Assembly (NCBI GenBank): GCA_043718025.1
Contig: JAYSWN010000144.1
Coordinates: 1 to 57,007 of the forward strand
From: Pseudomonadota bacterium
GTDB taxonomy: Bacteria > Bdellovibrionota > FAC87 > UBA2466
Reading direction: 5' to 3'
DNA: 57,007 bases
The position numbers were made by a program, and so were the translations under genes. The notes below the pieces were generated by a model, which searched no databases, was not told the origin of the DNA, and saw nothing but the letters and a program-made list of their open reading frames with translations. Below are positions 28,110 to 36,945 of this stretch, in pieces; the first letter of the stretch is position 1, and each line of letters starts with the position of its first letter.

Positions 28110-31100
28110 ATGAACACTTTCTCCTTGATAAAAACTGCGCTTTGGATTTTGCCGGCTATTTTGCTGGCCGCCTGCCAAATTTCTCCCTCGCTACGAAATC
28201 CTGCCGCCGTCAATGATGGTGCGGTTGAAGCAGTAAAAGTAGGTTCGGGTTTTCCGGGTGAACGTCTGGTGTTGAGTTTGAATGCGGCCCAGCTTGATTC
28301 CCTTTCGGAAGTGCTCAAGACCAACGGAGTTAGTTTCCATCAGGTGATAAGCATGTCGGGTTTGGCATCGGCTGACCGTACGGCAAACACCGTAGTTATT
28401 TTAGAATTAGCCAAGGGACAGTCCCCGGATGACGCTATTCACGCCCTAAACGTAAGGGGAATGGCAAGTGCTCGCGACTCTAAAGTTACGATTAGCGCCG
28501 TACCCAATGATACAAACTACGCTACGGGAACCTACCCCCAGACAATAAACTTTGGTCTTATCGGTGCCGAATTGGCTTGGGATGTTTTTACCGGAAGTGA
28601 TGTCACGGTGGCCGTGATGGATACCGGTATCGATTACAACCACACCGATCTTCGGGCCAACCTGTGGGTAAACCAAGCCGAGAAGAATGGCCTGGTCGGA
28701 GTCGACGACGATAAAAACGGATTTATAGACGACATTTACGGTTACGACTTTAACGAAAGCGATGGCGACCCATCTGATTTTCACGGTCACGGCACCAAGA
28801 TAAGCGGCATCATTGCCGCCCAGGGAAACAATGCGCAAGGCGTTGCCGGACTGAACTGGCGGGCGAAATTAATGGCCGTGAAGGTGCTTGGCAATTCTGG
28901 CTCGGGCCGAACCACCGACGTGATACGTGGGCTAAATTATGCCGTGGCGATGGGGGTAAAGATCTCAAACTTTAGTTTGGGTGGGGCTCCGTACACCAGT
29001 ACTGAATTTGCGGCGTTTACCGCCGCGCGCGAAGCCGGCCATTTGGCGATGGCGGCGGCCGGCAACAGTGGTACCAACAATGATGTTAGTCCGCACTATC
29101 CATCCAATTACCCCGTCGACAATATTATTGCGGTGGGCGCTTCCTCCGCCGACGACAAACCGGTTTATATTCCCAATTATTGGGGCTCGAACTACGGCTT
29201 GGTGTCAGTTGATATTTTTGCTCCGGGTTCTAACATCACCACCACGGGTATTTCCCCGCGCAATGGAATTGCCCTGGTGAATGGAACCTCTTCTGCGTCC
29301 CCCCACGTGGCCGGAGCTGCGGCTTTACTTAAAGGCTACGCGCCGCACGCTGGCTATTTGCAAATTAGGAACCGGCTTTTTTCGACCGTTGATAAAAATA
29401 GCGCGTTCAATGGTTTGGTGGCTACCGGGGGAAGGTTGAATGTTGGCCGCGCCCTGAGGGCCGGCGGTTTTGGCGCCTATGTAACCACCAAGGCCCCCGC
29501 GCTGGTTGGTGCCCCCTTTTCAGAAATAAGCCTTACCTTTAGCGGTGATTTGGCGACAGATGCTTTCACCCTCGACGACATCATTGCCTTCTCAGGACCG
29601 CAGGGAAATCTGCTGTCGGCGATTGAATCGGTTTCAGGCGGGGGGAAGGTTTTTACGATTCGCTTTAACGCCCAAACCGCCGCCGGCAGTTATCGGCTGG
29701 AGATTGGCTCGGCAATCCCCGTGGCATTGGGGGGGCTGGCACTAGATCAGAACCAAAATGATATTCCCGGTGAAACCAGTGATGGCTTTGCCTACGTAAC
29801 TACCGTCAGCGACAAAATAACGCCGTCTCCGACGGCCACGCCGACCGCGTCTCCGACGGCCACGCCGACCGCGTCTCCCACGGCCCCGCCGACTGCGTCT
29901 CCCACGGCCACGCCGACTGCGTCTCCGACGGCCACACCGACCGCGTCTCCCACGGCCACGCCGACGTCCGTACCTAATTGGCAACCCGCGCGCGGTGACG
30001 GCATCGCCGATATGAACCAAGCCCGTGGCTTTGACGGAACTGTCCTCTCTATTTCTTCGGCCATCGATAAGCCAGGCATGAAGTATGTTGGCGGCGAGTT
30101 CACCACTTTTACCAATCAACGGTCTAAAGGCGTCATTCGCCTGCAGGCGGATGGCACTCCCGACGAAACGTTTCAGGTTGGAGAAGGCATTCAAGGCTCA
30201 TTTTCCAGTGCCCCCAATAGGTTCTCGGTTTACTCGCTGGCGGCAGCCGACGATGGAGTCTTTGTCGGTGGATCCTTCGGTTTCGCCGGCGGGCTAACCA
30301 GGCCAAATATCGCCAAATTCAAAACCGATGGTTCGGTGGATACCAGCTTCGTAGTGGGCACTGACGGCGCCGTCGGCCCGGTGCGCGCAATGTGGTTTGA
30401 CCCGAGCCGCGGACTCTACATCGGCGGGGCGAGCAAGTACCGCGGTGTGAGCATAGGTAGTATCGCGCGCATTCTGCCGAATGGATCAATAGATCCCGCT
30501 TTTGCCATGCAATCGGGTTTTGGGTTTTCGGGACAGGTTTTGGCCATTGCCCCTGACCCGACTCGCAGCGACCGCCTTTACGTTGCCGGTTCACTTTCAA
30601 CGTACCAGGATCAAGCGGTGGGAAGCGTGGTGCGGCTTTTCGCGAATGGTTCTTTAGACACTTCTTTTAGTTCCGCCGGGGTTTTCACTGGCTCGGTATA
30701 CGATGTCGCCGTGCTGCCGGATGGCTCGGGTATTTATGTGGCCGGAGTGATCACTCGAGCGGTGGGGGGCGATGCTAGTTACCAAAACGGCATCTTGCGG
30801 CTTTTTGCCGACGGTCGCGTTGATGAGGGCTTTCACTTCGCGAAAACTCGTGCATGGGACGAGAGCGGCGTTTCTGGCTTTGTTACGGCGATTGCGTTGG
30901 CGAGTGATGGTTCGGGAATTTACCTTGGCGGTCAATTTGGCAGCGTCAATGGAAGTTCACGCAGCGCAATTGCAAAACTCAATCCCCAGGGAGGGCTCGA
31001 CGCTAGTTTCGTAACTGGCACAGGAGTTCGCAGCCTCGTTTACGCGCTTAAATGTGACAACAATCGACTCTTCGTCGGTGGCCCGATAACTGGCTACAAC

Positions 31101-32318
31101 GGAGTTTCGGTTAATCGTTTTCTAACGCTCAATAGCGATGGTTCGATCAATGCGAACACCGTAGTTGGCGGCGGAGTTCATGCACTGGCCTCGTCGATTA
31201 TGCCCCTGAACGATGGCACGGGCCGGTACCTACTGGTTGGGTCACTCGAGCCGACTCCTTATGTGCCGGGAAAACAGTTCGGGATTATGAGAATGAATGC
31301 CAATGGAACAAACGATTCTACTTTTGTTCCGGTGGGATTGCCTTTTTCGGGGATCGAAGTGGCCGAAATGAAAAAGGACGGCTCAGGCCGGTTCTATTTG
31401 GGCGGAAATTTTACCAAAGGGCTGATGCGGGTAAACGCTGATGGTTCTATTGACCCCACTTTCGCCGTTACCGGAACTGGTTTCAGCGTCGATAGCACAT
31501 ACGATGTCACCAATCATGCTTATGGGGTCAGTTATATTTTCGAAAATGCCGACCGCTCACTCTTCGTCGTAGGAAAATTCAAAACCTCCGTCGGGGCGGC
31601 TGTTCAGGGCTTGATTAAGTTGACCGAATCGGGAGCGTTAGCGACTGATTTTGATTTGGGATCTGGTTTTGATCGTCCGGTGCGAACGGCCGCAATGGCC
31701 CAAGACGGATCGGGCGACATTTACGTCGGCGGAGAATTCACCCAGTACCGCGGCACTGCTATTCGTTACCTGGCTCGCTTGAAGTCCAATGGAGACCTCG
31801 ACACCTCTTTCGACGCTGGGCTATCGTCGGTAAACGTTTACATGGACACTAATCCCGGCTTTGTCATGGCAATCGCGGTCAGCCCCGACAATTCTGTTTA
31901 TGCCACTGGCTGGTTTGATCGCGCTTTTGGCACGCCGGTGGGCAATCTGGTTAAAGTCTCGGCCCAGGGCGCTTTGGCGCCAGGCTTTGCCTCTTCAACC
32001 CGGTTATTTGACCGAGCCTTCGTGAAGAAAATTGTGGCCCTTCCTGACGGCGGAATTATCGCGGCCGGTTATTTTGTTACCTACAAGGGGGCCGAGGCTC
32101 GGCAAATGGTTCGGATTGCGCCAAATGGAGATCGAGTCGTTAGCTTTACAACTGGCATTAGTATCGCGGGGGCCTCTCCGGGAAGTGTCGGCATAACGGC
32201 GCTGACGTTTATTCCTGGCGCTGTTCCCCGTATTCTGGCCAGCGGGGTGATGGGATCTTATCGCGGGGTTACCACCGACGCGGTGTTTCGTATCGACCTT
32301 TACGGCGATCTGGATTAG
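28110..32318 (+). CDS. Lipoprotein S8 subtilase with Ig-like domain, Pro/Thr linker and delta-60 repeat region
   Basis: Lipobox LAAC; catalytic triad VMDTG, HGHGT, GTSSASPHVAG; many R(L/I)xxdGsxDxsF repeats; start 28110 (alternative 28077). Confidence 0.92.
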   Translation: MNTFSLIKTALWILPAILLAACQISPSLRNPAAVNDGAVEAVKVGSGFPGERLVLSLNAAQLDSLSEVLKTNGVSFHQVISMSGLASADRTANTVVILELAKGQSPDDAIHALNVRGMASARDSKVTISAVPNDTNYATGTYPQTINFGLIGAELAWDVFTGSDVTVAVMDTGIDYNHTDLRANLWVNQAEKNGLVGVDDDKNGFIDDIYGYDFNESDGDPSDFHGHGTKISGIIAAQGNNAQGVAGLNWRAKLMAVKVLGNSGSGRTTDVIRGLNYAVAMGVKISNFSLGGAPYTSTEFAAFTAAREAGHLAMAAAGNSGTNNDVSPHYPSNYPVDNIIAVGASSADDKPVYIPNYWGSNYGLVSVDIFAPGSNITTTGISPRNGIALVNGTSSASPHVAGAAALLKGYAPHAGYLQIRNRLFSTVDKNSAFNGLVATGGRLNVGRALRAGGFGAYVTTKAPALVGAPFSEISLTFSGDLATDAFTLDDIIAFSGPQGNLLSAIESVSGGGKVFTIRFNAQTAAGSYRLEIGSAIPVALGGLALDQNQNDIPGETSDGFAYVTTVSDKITPSPTATPTASPTATPTASPTAPPTASPTATPTASPTATPTASPTATPTSVPNWQPARGDGIADMNQARGFDGTVLSISSAIDKPGMKYVGGEFTTFTNQRSKGVIRLQADGTPDETFQVGEGIQGSFSSAPNRFSVYSLAAADDGVFVGGSFGFAGGLTRPNIAKFKTDGSVDTSFVVGTDGAVGPVRAMWFDPSRGLYIGGASKYRGVSIGSIARILPNGSIDPAFAMQSGFGFSGQVLAIAPDPTRSDRLYVAGSLSTYQDQAVGSVVRLFANGSLDTSFSSAGVFTGSVYDVAVLPDGSGIYVAGVITRAVGGDASYQNGILRLFADGRVDEGFHFAKTRAWDESGVSGFVTAIALASDGSGIYLGGQFGSVNGSSRSAIAKLNPQGGLDASFVTGTGVRSLVYALKCDNNRLFVGGPITGYNGVSVNRFLTLNSDGSINANTVVGGGVHALASSIMPLNDGTGRYLLVGSLEPTPYVPGKQFGIMRMNANGTNDSTFVPVGLPFSGIEVAEMKKDGSGRFYLGGNFTKGLMRVNADGSIDPTFAVTGTGFSVDSTYDVTNHAYGVSYIFENADRSLFVVGKFKTSVGAAVQGLIKLTESGALATDFDLGSGFDRPVRTAAMAQDGSGDIYVGGEFTQYRGTAIRYLARLKSNGDLDTSFDAGLSSVNVYMDTNPGFVMAIAVSPDNSVYATGWFDRAFGTPVGNLVKVSAQGALAPGFASSTRLFDRAFVKKIVALPDGGIIAAGYFVTYKGAEARQMVRIAPNGDRVVSFTTGISIAGASPGSVGITALTFIPGAVPRILASGVMGSYRGVTTDAVFRIDLYGDLD
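29824..29966 (+). repeat. Intragenic 24-bp tandem repeat, about 6 units, encoding (SPTATPTA)n
   Basis: CGTCTCC(G/C)ACGGCCACGCCGAC(C/T)G units. Confidence 0.95.
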
Positions 32319-32387
32319 ATGGGCAATTCGTCGTTGAAATTCCCCCTTACTTTACTGGCCCCCGGCCCGGTGTTAGCCGTAAGCTGA

Positions 32388-33077
32388 ATGTCTTTTTCTC
32401 CGCTAAAAAAATTGGGCGTTGTGATCTTCGCCTGGACCTATTGGCTGACGGCACTTTTGTGGCGTTGGCCCAGGGGTAAAAATGAGCCGCGGCCGCTCGA
32501 CCGGGGAAGCTGCATTTACGCTCATTGGCATGGTGATGAACTGGTGCTGATTCGGCGTTATAGCTTTCTGCAAAAAGCGGTGATGGCCTCGTTAAGCAAA
32601 GACGGGTCGATGTTGTCCGTAGGCCTAAAGTGGCTCGGCTACTGCGTGGTGCGCGGCTCAAGCTCACGCGGGGGGATCGGCGGCCTAAAGGCTTTGGCCG
32701 ACGCCATTAAGAAGGGCAGAGACGTTGCCTTGGCCGTAGACGGCCCGCGCGGACCAATTTACGAGGTGAAGCCCGGGGTGCTTAAACTGGCCCAGCTTAC
32801 GGGCCGGCCCATCCTGCCTTTGGCGGCAACGGCCCAGAATAAAATTGTCTTTAAAAGGAGCTGGAACCAGTGTTACTTTCCTTATCCTTTTTCGAGAGTT
32901 GCTGTGGTTTACGGCGATTTTTTTTGGGTCCCCCGGGGCCTTAGCGAAGAGGAGTTTGAGAGAAAACGGCAAGAGCTACAATCCCGATTGGCAGAAACCA
33001 AGGCTCATGCGGAAAAAGTTTTTTCACCGTCGGAATTTAAAACACCTTCGGTTATTTCAGTGACAGACGGGGCGTAG
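32388..33077 (+). CDS. DUF374 / lysophospholipid acyltransferase family protein
   Basis: [25 protein letters not shown]...PYPFS. Confidence 0.9.
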   Translation: MSFSPLKKLGVVIFAWTYWLTALLWRWPRGKNEPRPLDRGSCIYAHWHGDELVLIRRYSFLQKAVMASLSKDGSMLSVGLKWLGYCVVRGSSSRGGIGGLKALADAIKKGRDVALAVDGPRGPIYEVKPGVLKLAQLTGRPILPLAATAQNKIVFKRSWNQCYFPYPFSRVAVVYGDFFWVPRGLSEEEFERKRQELQSRLAETKAHAEKVFSPSEFKTPSVISVTDGA

Positions 33078-33144
33078 CGCAGTTGGCTAGCGCGCTTGCT
33101 TCGGGAGCAAGAGGTCGTGGGTTCAAATCCCGCCGCCCCGACCA
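33068..33144 (+). tRNA. tRNA-Pro(CGG)
   Basis: CGGGGCG/CGCCCCG acceptor stem, anticodon arm CTTGC-TTCGGGA-GCAAG, GGTTCAAATCC T-loop, encoded CCA. Confidence 0.97.
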
Positions 33145-33630
33145 TTTTAGGTTCTTCTCCACTCAGAGTGGGTAAACGTAAAAGATATCTCCATCTCTCT
33201 TCGTAAGACGCATCGTCCTCCTTTTTCAGATCATTTTGGTTCGCTGCCGTACAAGAGAGATATGCCGCAATATAGTCAGAGGTGTTTTCCGAGCCGCTGA
33301 TTTCAAAAGCCCCAAAGTTTCCGCGAGATCGAATCCCGGGAAATTGAATTTCCCCTAAATCGTTCGATGGACCGTTCTTAGGAGTGTCTTGAGTCTTTCT
33401 CTCTTGGCATGGGGTAGAGCAATGAATGTGCCCAAGGCTAAAATGCGGAATGTATTGAGATGTATACTTTGGCGAGATTTGAATCTGTTCCAGAAATGGA
33501 ACATGGGTTTGAAAAATCCTGGAAAAAATAGAGGGTTACCTTACTGCTCCAATCCTGGAGCAGTAAATCCAATGGAACAAACCCTCAGTCGATGCCGGGA
33601 TAATAATTTTTAAATGATTGATATCATGTG

Positions 33631-33652
33631 AGTATACAAAATTTAGTATACT
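33631..33652. promoter_or_regulatory. Palindromic operator upstream of the HigBA-like operon
   Basis: AGTATACAAAATTTAGTATACT imperfect palindrome in the promoter region. Confidence 0.6.
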
Positions 33653-33700
33653 AATTTACGTATTTTGGTAATATGTCTTTGGAGAGTTGGTTTGGGCAAC

Positions 33701-34042
33701 GTGACTAGCAACAAGAACGTGGAAATTGCATGGGAGGGCGACTCCCTTGAAGTGATACGCGAGTTTCCACCAGAAGTCCGAGCCGACTTGGGAGCTGAGC
33801 TCAGGCGATTGCAGGTGGGAGACATGCCGCTCAACAGTCGTCCGATGAAATCGATTGGACCAAGAGTCTATGAGATTAAGGAACAAGACGAACGTGCGTG
33901 GTATCGGGTGATTTATTTGGCAAAAGTAGGAAATCGCATCCACGTTCTACATTGTTTTGAAAAACAGAGCGCTAAGACCGCCAAGAACGATCTGGACCTG
34001 GCAAAGGTCCGATTGAAGATGGTCTTAGCCAGAATTAAGTAG
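33701..34042 (+). CDS. RelE/HigB-family toxin (Gp49/DUF891-like)
   Basis: L..FP..VR..LG.EL..LQ.G, IGPRVYEI, YRVIY, VLHCFEK; GTG start at 33701. Confidence 0.9.
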   Translation: MTSNKNVEIAWEGDSLEVIREFPPEVRADLGAELRRLQVGDMPLNSRPMKSIGPRVYEIKEQDERAWYRVIYLAKVGNRIHVLHCFEKQSAKTAKNDLDLAKVRLKMVLARIK

Positions 34043-34052
34043 AAAGGTATGT

Positions 34053-34436
34053 ATGAAGAAGGAAGTAACTAAGGAGAATCAACCCTCACACGTTTCCAAG
34101 GGAAATGTACTTGATGATCTCGGCCTCTCTCCACAAGAAACCGCCGCGCTCAAGCTGAAGATGGATTTGCACGGTGAGATCTTAAAAGTAATCAAAAAAA
34201 AGAAGCTGACTCCACGAATGCTCGAGACCGCATTGCACCAGCCGCAACCGCGCATTAGCGAGCTCTTGCGGGGGAAAATTTCTACGATGAGCGCGGAGAA
34301 GCTTGCGGGTTACCTCTATCTTTTAGGGGTCGCCGTCACAGTTTCGTCGAAAAAGGTTACAATACGCAGCTCACAACCATCAAAGGTAACGGCCGGCGCG
34401 CGGGCCATTATGAGGCGCCGAAATGGACGCAAATGA
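34053..34436 (+). CDS. XRE-family HTH antitoxin (HigA-like)
   Basis: GNVLDDLG and QPRISELLRGKI HTH; downstream of the toxin. Confidence 0.88.
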   Translation: MKKEVTKENQPSHVSKGNVLDDLGLSPQETAALKLKMDLHGEILKVIKKKKLTPRMLETALHQPQPRISELLRGKISTMSAEKLAGYLYLLGVAVTVSSKKVTIRSSQPSKVTAGARAIMRRRNGRK

Positions 34437-34490
34437 CCAGCGTAACTCAGTGAGTTAAATCTGGTTTAGCTTCCGCGGAGAACGGTTCAT

Positions 34491-34523
34491 TGGAAACTTT
34501 TTGAAAAGATCCAGTGCGCAATC
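34491..34523 (+). repeat. 33-bp direct repeat, copy 1
   Basis: TGGAAACTTTTTGAAAAGATCCAGTGCGCAATC, 31/33 identical to 35290..35322. Confidence 0.9.
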
Positions 34524-34549
34524 ATGATGCCGTCGCTCGAAACCGTTTT

Positions 34550-34891
34550 TTACGATTTAGAAACCAACAACTCTAGCGCCGCGATGAGTTTCGGAAGGTC
34601 GTCTGTGACCGTTCCCCAAAGATCTTCGCTGTCCACTTCTTCGTAAAGATGGATAAGGATGTTTCGCATTCCAATAATTTGTCGCCATTGAACGGTGGGA
34701 TTTGCTTTGCGAAATTCGACGGACAAACGGGTCGACGCCTCGCCGATAATCTCGAGCTGTCGACATACGGCTGCCTGCGTTTTGAGATCATCGAGAAACT
34801 CGTTTTTCGATATCCCTTTGACGAAAGACTGACCGAGCTTGGCCGCTCGAACGATATCGTGAATAGAAATTAAGTCAGGCCGCTTTTTCAT
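34550..34891 (-). CDS. HepT-like HEPN ribonuclease toxin (DUF86)
   Basis: LEIIGEA and MRNILIHLY (RX4HXY) motifs. Confidence 0.92.
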   Translation of the reverse strand: MKKRPDLISIHDIVRAAKLGQSFVKGISKNEFLDDLKTQAAVCRQLEIIGEASTRLSVEFRKANPTVQWRQIIGMRNILIHLYEEVDSEDLWGTVTDDLPKLIAALELLVSKS

Positions 34892-35213
34892 CTGAATAAT
34901 AGACTTGAGCGCCGTCTAGAATTTCTTTGCGGCGAAGCTCGTTATGGCTCTTTTCAACGGCGACTTTACTGACGAGATCTACGGGCCTACCCAGAATCTC
35001 TTTGAGCTCATCTTGAGCCTCCACCCGACGCAGAAAGGATCGTTTGGCGTCAGCGGCGTATTTAACCAGGACATCTATGTCGCTCTCGGGACCGAATCCG
35101 CCATTTACGACGGAACCGAAGAAGGAAAGTTCTTGGATGTTCCATTTCTTGCAGAAAGCGACAATCTTTTCTCTGGGGAACGTTTTTGAAAATTGTTCGG
35201 TGGTCTTACTCAT
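34875..35213 (-). CDS. MntA-like minimal nucleotidyltransferase antitoxin
   Basis: FGSVVNGGFGPESDIDVLV (GSX10DXD), LGRPVDLV; overlaps the HEPN gene. Confidence 0.92.
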   Translation of the reverse strand: MSKTTEQFSKTFPREKIVAFCKKWNIQELSFFGSVVNGGFGPESDIDVLVKYAADAKRSFLRRVEAQDELKEILGRPVDLVSKVAVEKSHNELRRKEILDGAQVYYSDEKAA

Positions 35214-35289
35214 TGCCCTTCCATTCTATGCCGAAACTCGTGCGCAGCGCAATTTTAGTCCGAGATGGCGAGAAACCGAGCCAATTTCC

Positions 35290-35322
35290 TGGAAACTTTT
35301 TGGAAAGACCCAGTGCGCAATC
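35290..35322 (+). repeat. 33-bp direct repeat, copy 2
   Basis: TGGAAACTTTTTGGAAAGACCCAGTGCGCAATC. Confidence 0.9.
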
Positions 35323-35438
35323 GTGGGTTTTCGGGAGTAATAGCGAGAAAAGCGACCGGGCCTTAACCCTTTGTAAGTGTTTGTTTTTAGGTCGATTTTA
35401 GTCCGCGTTCATCGAACGCGGTTTTTGCCCATTTAAGA

Positions 35439-35475
35439 TTCGGGAGCAAGAGGTCGTCGGTTCAAATCCCGCCGC
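35439..35475 (+). repeat. att-like duplication of the tRNA-Pro 3' half
   Basis: TTCGGGAGCAAGAGGTCGTCGGTTCAAATCCCGCCGC against 33100..33136, one mismatch. Confidence 0.92.
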
Positions 35476-35495
35476 ACGGATTCTACCTAAAGAGC

Positions 35496-36074
35496 CTACT
35501 TTAGAGGAAGATGCATTCCTGTACCGTCGGACTTCCACTGTGCTTTGTAAAAGGTCAGGTAGCTTACATAACGGGATGGGCCCAGGAGTTTTTGAATCTG
35601 GGTTTCGTACTGGCTGCGATTGTTCTTCAGGGCTTTAGCCCTGACCTCTTCATCCTCTTCGTTATCGGAGATTTCCGATAGCAGTGAATTTTCCGCCGCC
35701 GTTGTATCACGTCGTAGTTTGGCAAGCTGTGCAACATCGGACTCAGAGAGCTTGAGATCAACTTCGAGGAATGTGGCTCGTTGTTTGTCCCAATCCTGTT
35801 CACTCTGTTTAGCCTTTTCAAGGGAGGTCTTTTGTTCTGCGGTGGGCTCCCAGTTTGTTTTTGGCTTCTGGTCCGCTGTTTTCTTTATCACCGGCTCACT
35901 CTTATCGTGAGAATGGGGGCTAACACTCTCTCTCTGCGGAGGGGGAGTGTGAACGGCCAATGATTCGATCGGGAGAGGAGCTACTTTGTCTACGGCGGTT
36001 TTACCTTTCCCCAAGAGGAGATAGGCAATCAATCCAGCGCTAACGATAACGACTAGCCAATAGCTCTTTCGCAT
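35496..36074 (-). CDS. Hypothetical membrane-anchored helical protein
   Basis: N-terminal TM, Pro-rich linker, charged helical C-terminus. Confidence 0.7.
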   Translation of the reverse strand: MRKSYWLVVIVSAGLIAYLLLGKGKTAVDKVAPLPIESLAVHTPPPQRESVSPHSHDKSEPVIKKTADQKPKTNWEPTAEQKTSLEKAKQSEQDWDKQRATFLEVDLKLSESDVAQLAKLRRDTTAAENSLLSEISDNEEDEEVRAKALKNNRSQYETQIQKLLGPSRYVSYLTFYKAQWKSDGTGMHLPLK

Positions 36075-36096
36075 AAAAACAGCCTTTTAAAAGAAA

Positions 36097-36134
36097 GTGC
36101 CCGTGGATAAAGGAGTTCTTTATTCCACGGGCAC
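36097..36134 (-). terminator. Hairpin terminator after 36153..36746
   Basis: GTGCCCGTGGA..TAAAG/CTTTA..TCCACGGGCAC stem with a T-rich tail on the minus strand. Confidence 0.7.
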
Positions 36135-36152
36135 CATAGCGAGAACTCTAAG

Positions 36153-36746
36153 TTAGTTACAGCTCTGAATCACGCAACGGCCATGGTAGGCCTGGCATGC
36201 TCTGAGGGCGTTCTGCTGCGCCTCGAAGGCATTTCGTCCGCTGGCCGCGTGACCCCGGAAGTGCTCTTCAAAACCGCGATCTTTAGCGACACAGGTTACC
36301 ATTGCGGGCGGAAAGATTGGTCCTCCGCCGTTCATCGAGATCGATCGCAATGCCTGACCAGTCTGACGAAACTGTTGGAAGACCTCTGGGTAGTCATATT
36401 GAGTGTCGCTGAGGTAGCGCTGGACCGGACGAAACGCCGCCTGGGCATTCTGGAGTTGGCGTCCACACACGGAAGGGCATCCCACTTCACCGGTATGGTC
36501 TTGGGTCAGATCGCGCCCTTCATACCTAACGCAGTTGACCAATTGTTGGGACGCGCCCGAAAACTGAAACACTGCCGATTTTACGTTGTAGTTAAGGTAA
36601 CTGTTTCGAACCACCTGTTCGAGTTCCGCTGTTTCATGCTCTAACAGCCCCACCGAGCCGACCGGATCGTTGTGATCCGCTATCGCCATTCCGCTCATCA
36701 AGAAAAGTCCGCTCATCGCCATTAAGCCAAGTCTTCGCATTTTCAT
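36153..36746 (-). CDS. Secreted Cys-containing hypothetical protein
   Basis: Signal peptide ending AIA; small C-terminal Cys-rich domain. Confidence 0.75.
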   Translation of the reverse strand: MKMRRLGLMAMSGLFLMSGMAIADHNDPVGSVGLLEHETAELEQVVRNSYLNYNVKSAVFQFSGASQQLVNCVRYEGRDLTQDHTGEVGCPSVCGRQLQNAQAAFRPVQRYLSDTQYDYPEVFQQFRQTGQALRSISMNGGGPIFPPAMVTCVAKDRGFEEHFRGHAASGRNAFEAQQNALRACQAYHGRCVIQSCN

Positions 36747-36945
36747 TCCCCTTATAGAATCGGGAAAAAACCTACTTTGGATTGGTTTTTTCCCTTGTTG
36801 CTTTGGTTCTAGAGCACGATCAATGCCAAGGTTTTGGAGTTAGAATGAGGCCATAGATCGACATCGCGGGTGAGTTCGGTCCCAAATAGAATCCAAAACC
36901 AGGGTGTCATTTCGACCCTGGTGCCATTTTTTTGACCAGTCTCAG

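Larger units (their letters stand above)
33145..35475. mobile_element. Genomic islet without integrase at tRNA-Pro, carrying two TA systems
   Basis: Bounded by the tRNA and a 36/37-nt copy of its 3' half at 35439..35475. Confidence 0.8.

Noticed and set aside
29824..29966. Possible CRISPR array
   Set aside because: Contiguous 24-bp coding repeats with no spacers; no cas genes in the window
33145..33480. Integrase pseudogene next to tRNA-Pro
   Set aside because: No recognisable tyrosine-recombinase motifs in the frames I read; a tBLASTN search would be needed to exclude it
35439..35480. Second tRNA gene
   Set aside because: Only the 3' half is present, with no D-arm, acceptor stem or CCA; treated as an att site
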